Below are positions 63,939 to 64,000 of a DNA stretch of 64,000 nt, one piece after another. How positions within the stretch are numbered: position 1 is the first letter of the stretch; every line of letters begins with the position of its first letter. The notes below the pieces were generated by a model that was given only the letters and a program-made list of their open reading frames with translations, was not told the origin of the DNA and ran no database searches. A program made the position numbers and the translations under genes. This DNA comes from Poseidonia sp. (GTDB taxonomy: Archaea; Thermoplasmatota; Poseidoniia; Poseidoniales; Poseidoniaceae): assembly GCA_038118245.1 (NCBI GenBank), contig JAYOHN010000001.1:14122-78121 (forward strand), given 5' to 3'.

Positions 63939-64000
63939 CGGACCTAGCGCCGTGACGTTGGACGAGGCGTTGCCGTACCGGTCAAAGCCAACGACGGCCA

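Noticed and set aside
1-64000. CRISPR arrays, rRNA/tRNA genes, transposases/integrases, prophage genes
   Set aside because: No short direct repeats with regular spacers, no rRNA-like conserved stretches, no recognisable cloverleafs, and no DDE/tyrosine-recombinase-like ORFs were seen. The only AT-rich islands are short promoter or terminator regions.

Overview
This 64-kb, high-GC window reads as archaeal chromosome. It encodes an MCM replicative helicase, archaeal GatE, two PTH2-type peptidyl-tRNA hydrolases, a PAC2 proteasome-assembly chaperone, Trm1 and a TFIIB/TFB-like factor, and an archaeal TATA-like element is visible. Most genes are housekeeping: purine salvage (apt plus AzgA-type permease), PurM, a fused PabB/PabA with a PabC-like lyase, a MaeB-type malic enzyme, threonine aldolase, proline iminopeptidase, phosphatidylserine decarboxylase, RlmH and a PduO-type adenosyltransferase. 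Several unusual loci stand out. (1) A bacterial-style two-subunit AddB/AddA-like helicase-nuclease operon (both subunits carry Fe-S-type RecB nuclease modules, and the genes overlap by ATGA). It is transcribed divergently from a divergent TFB paralogue across an AT-rich, palindrome-bearing control region. A secreted thioredoxin-fold protein and an 830-aa Trp/Arg-rich orphan protein lie alongside. (2) A 2774-aa surface protein with a signal peptide, multiple beta-propeller-like repeats, five tandem acidic Ig/FN3-like modules, one TM helix and an acidic LLD-repeat cytoplasmic tail. (3) Tandem divergent PTH2 paralogues. (4) A 12-TM-like membrane protein fused to a canonical EF-hand pair. (5) A PQQ-propeller protein with a C-terminal DUF4430-like domain, co-transcribed with a small polytopic membrane protein. 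No rRNA, tRNA, CRISPR array or transposase/integrase could be supported. Gene starts are uncertain in several places because the ORF track also calls GTG/TTG as M.
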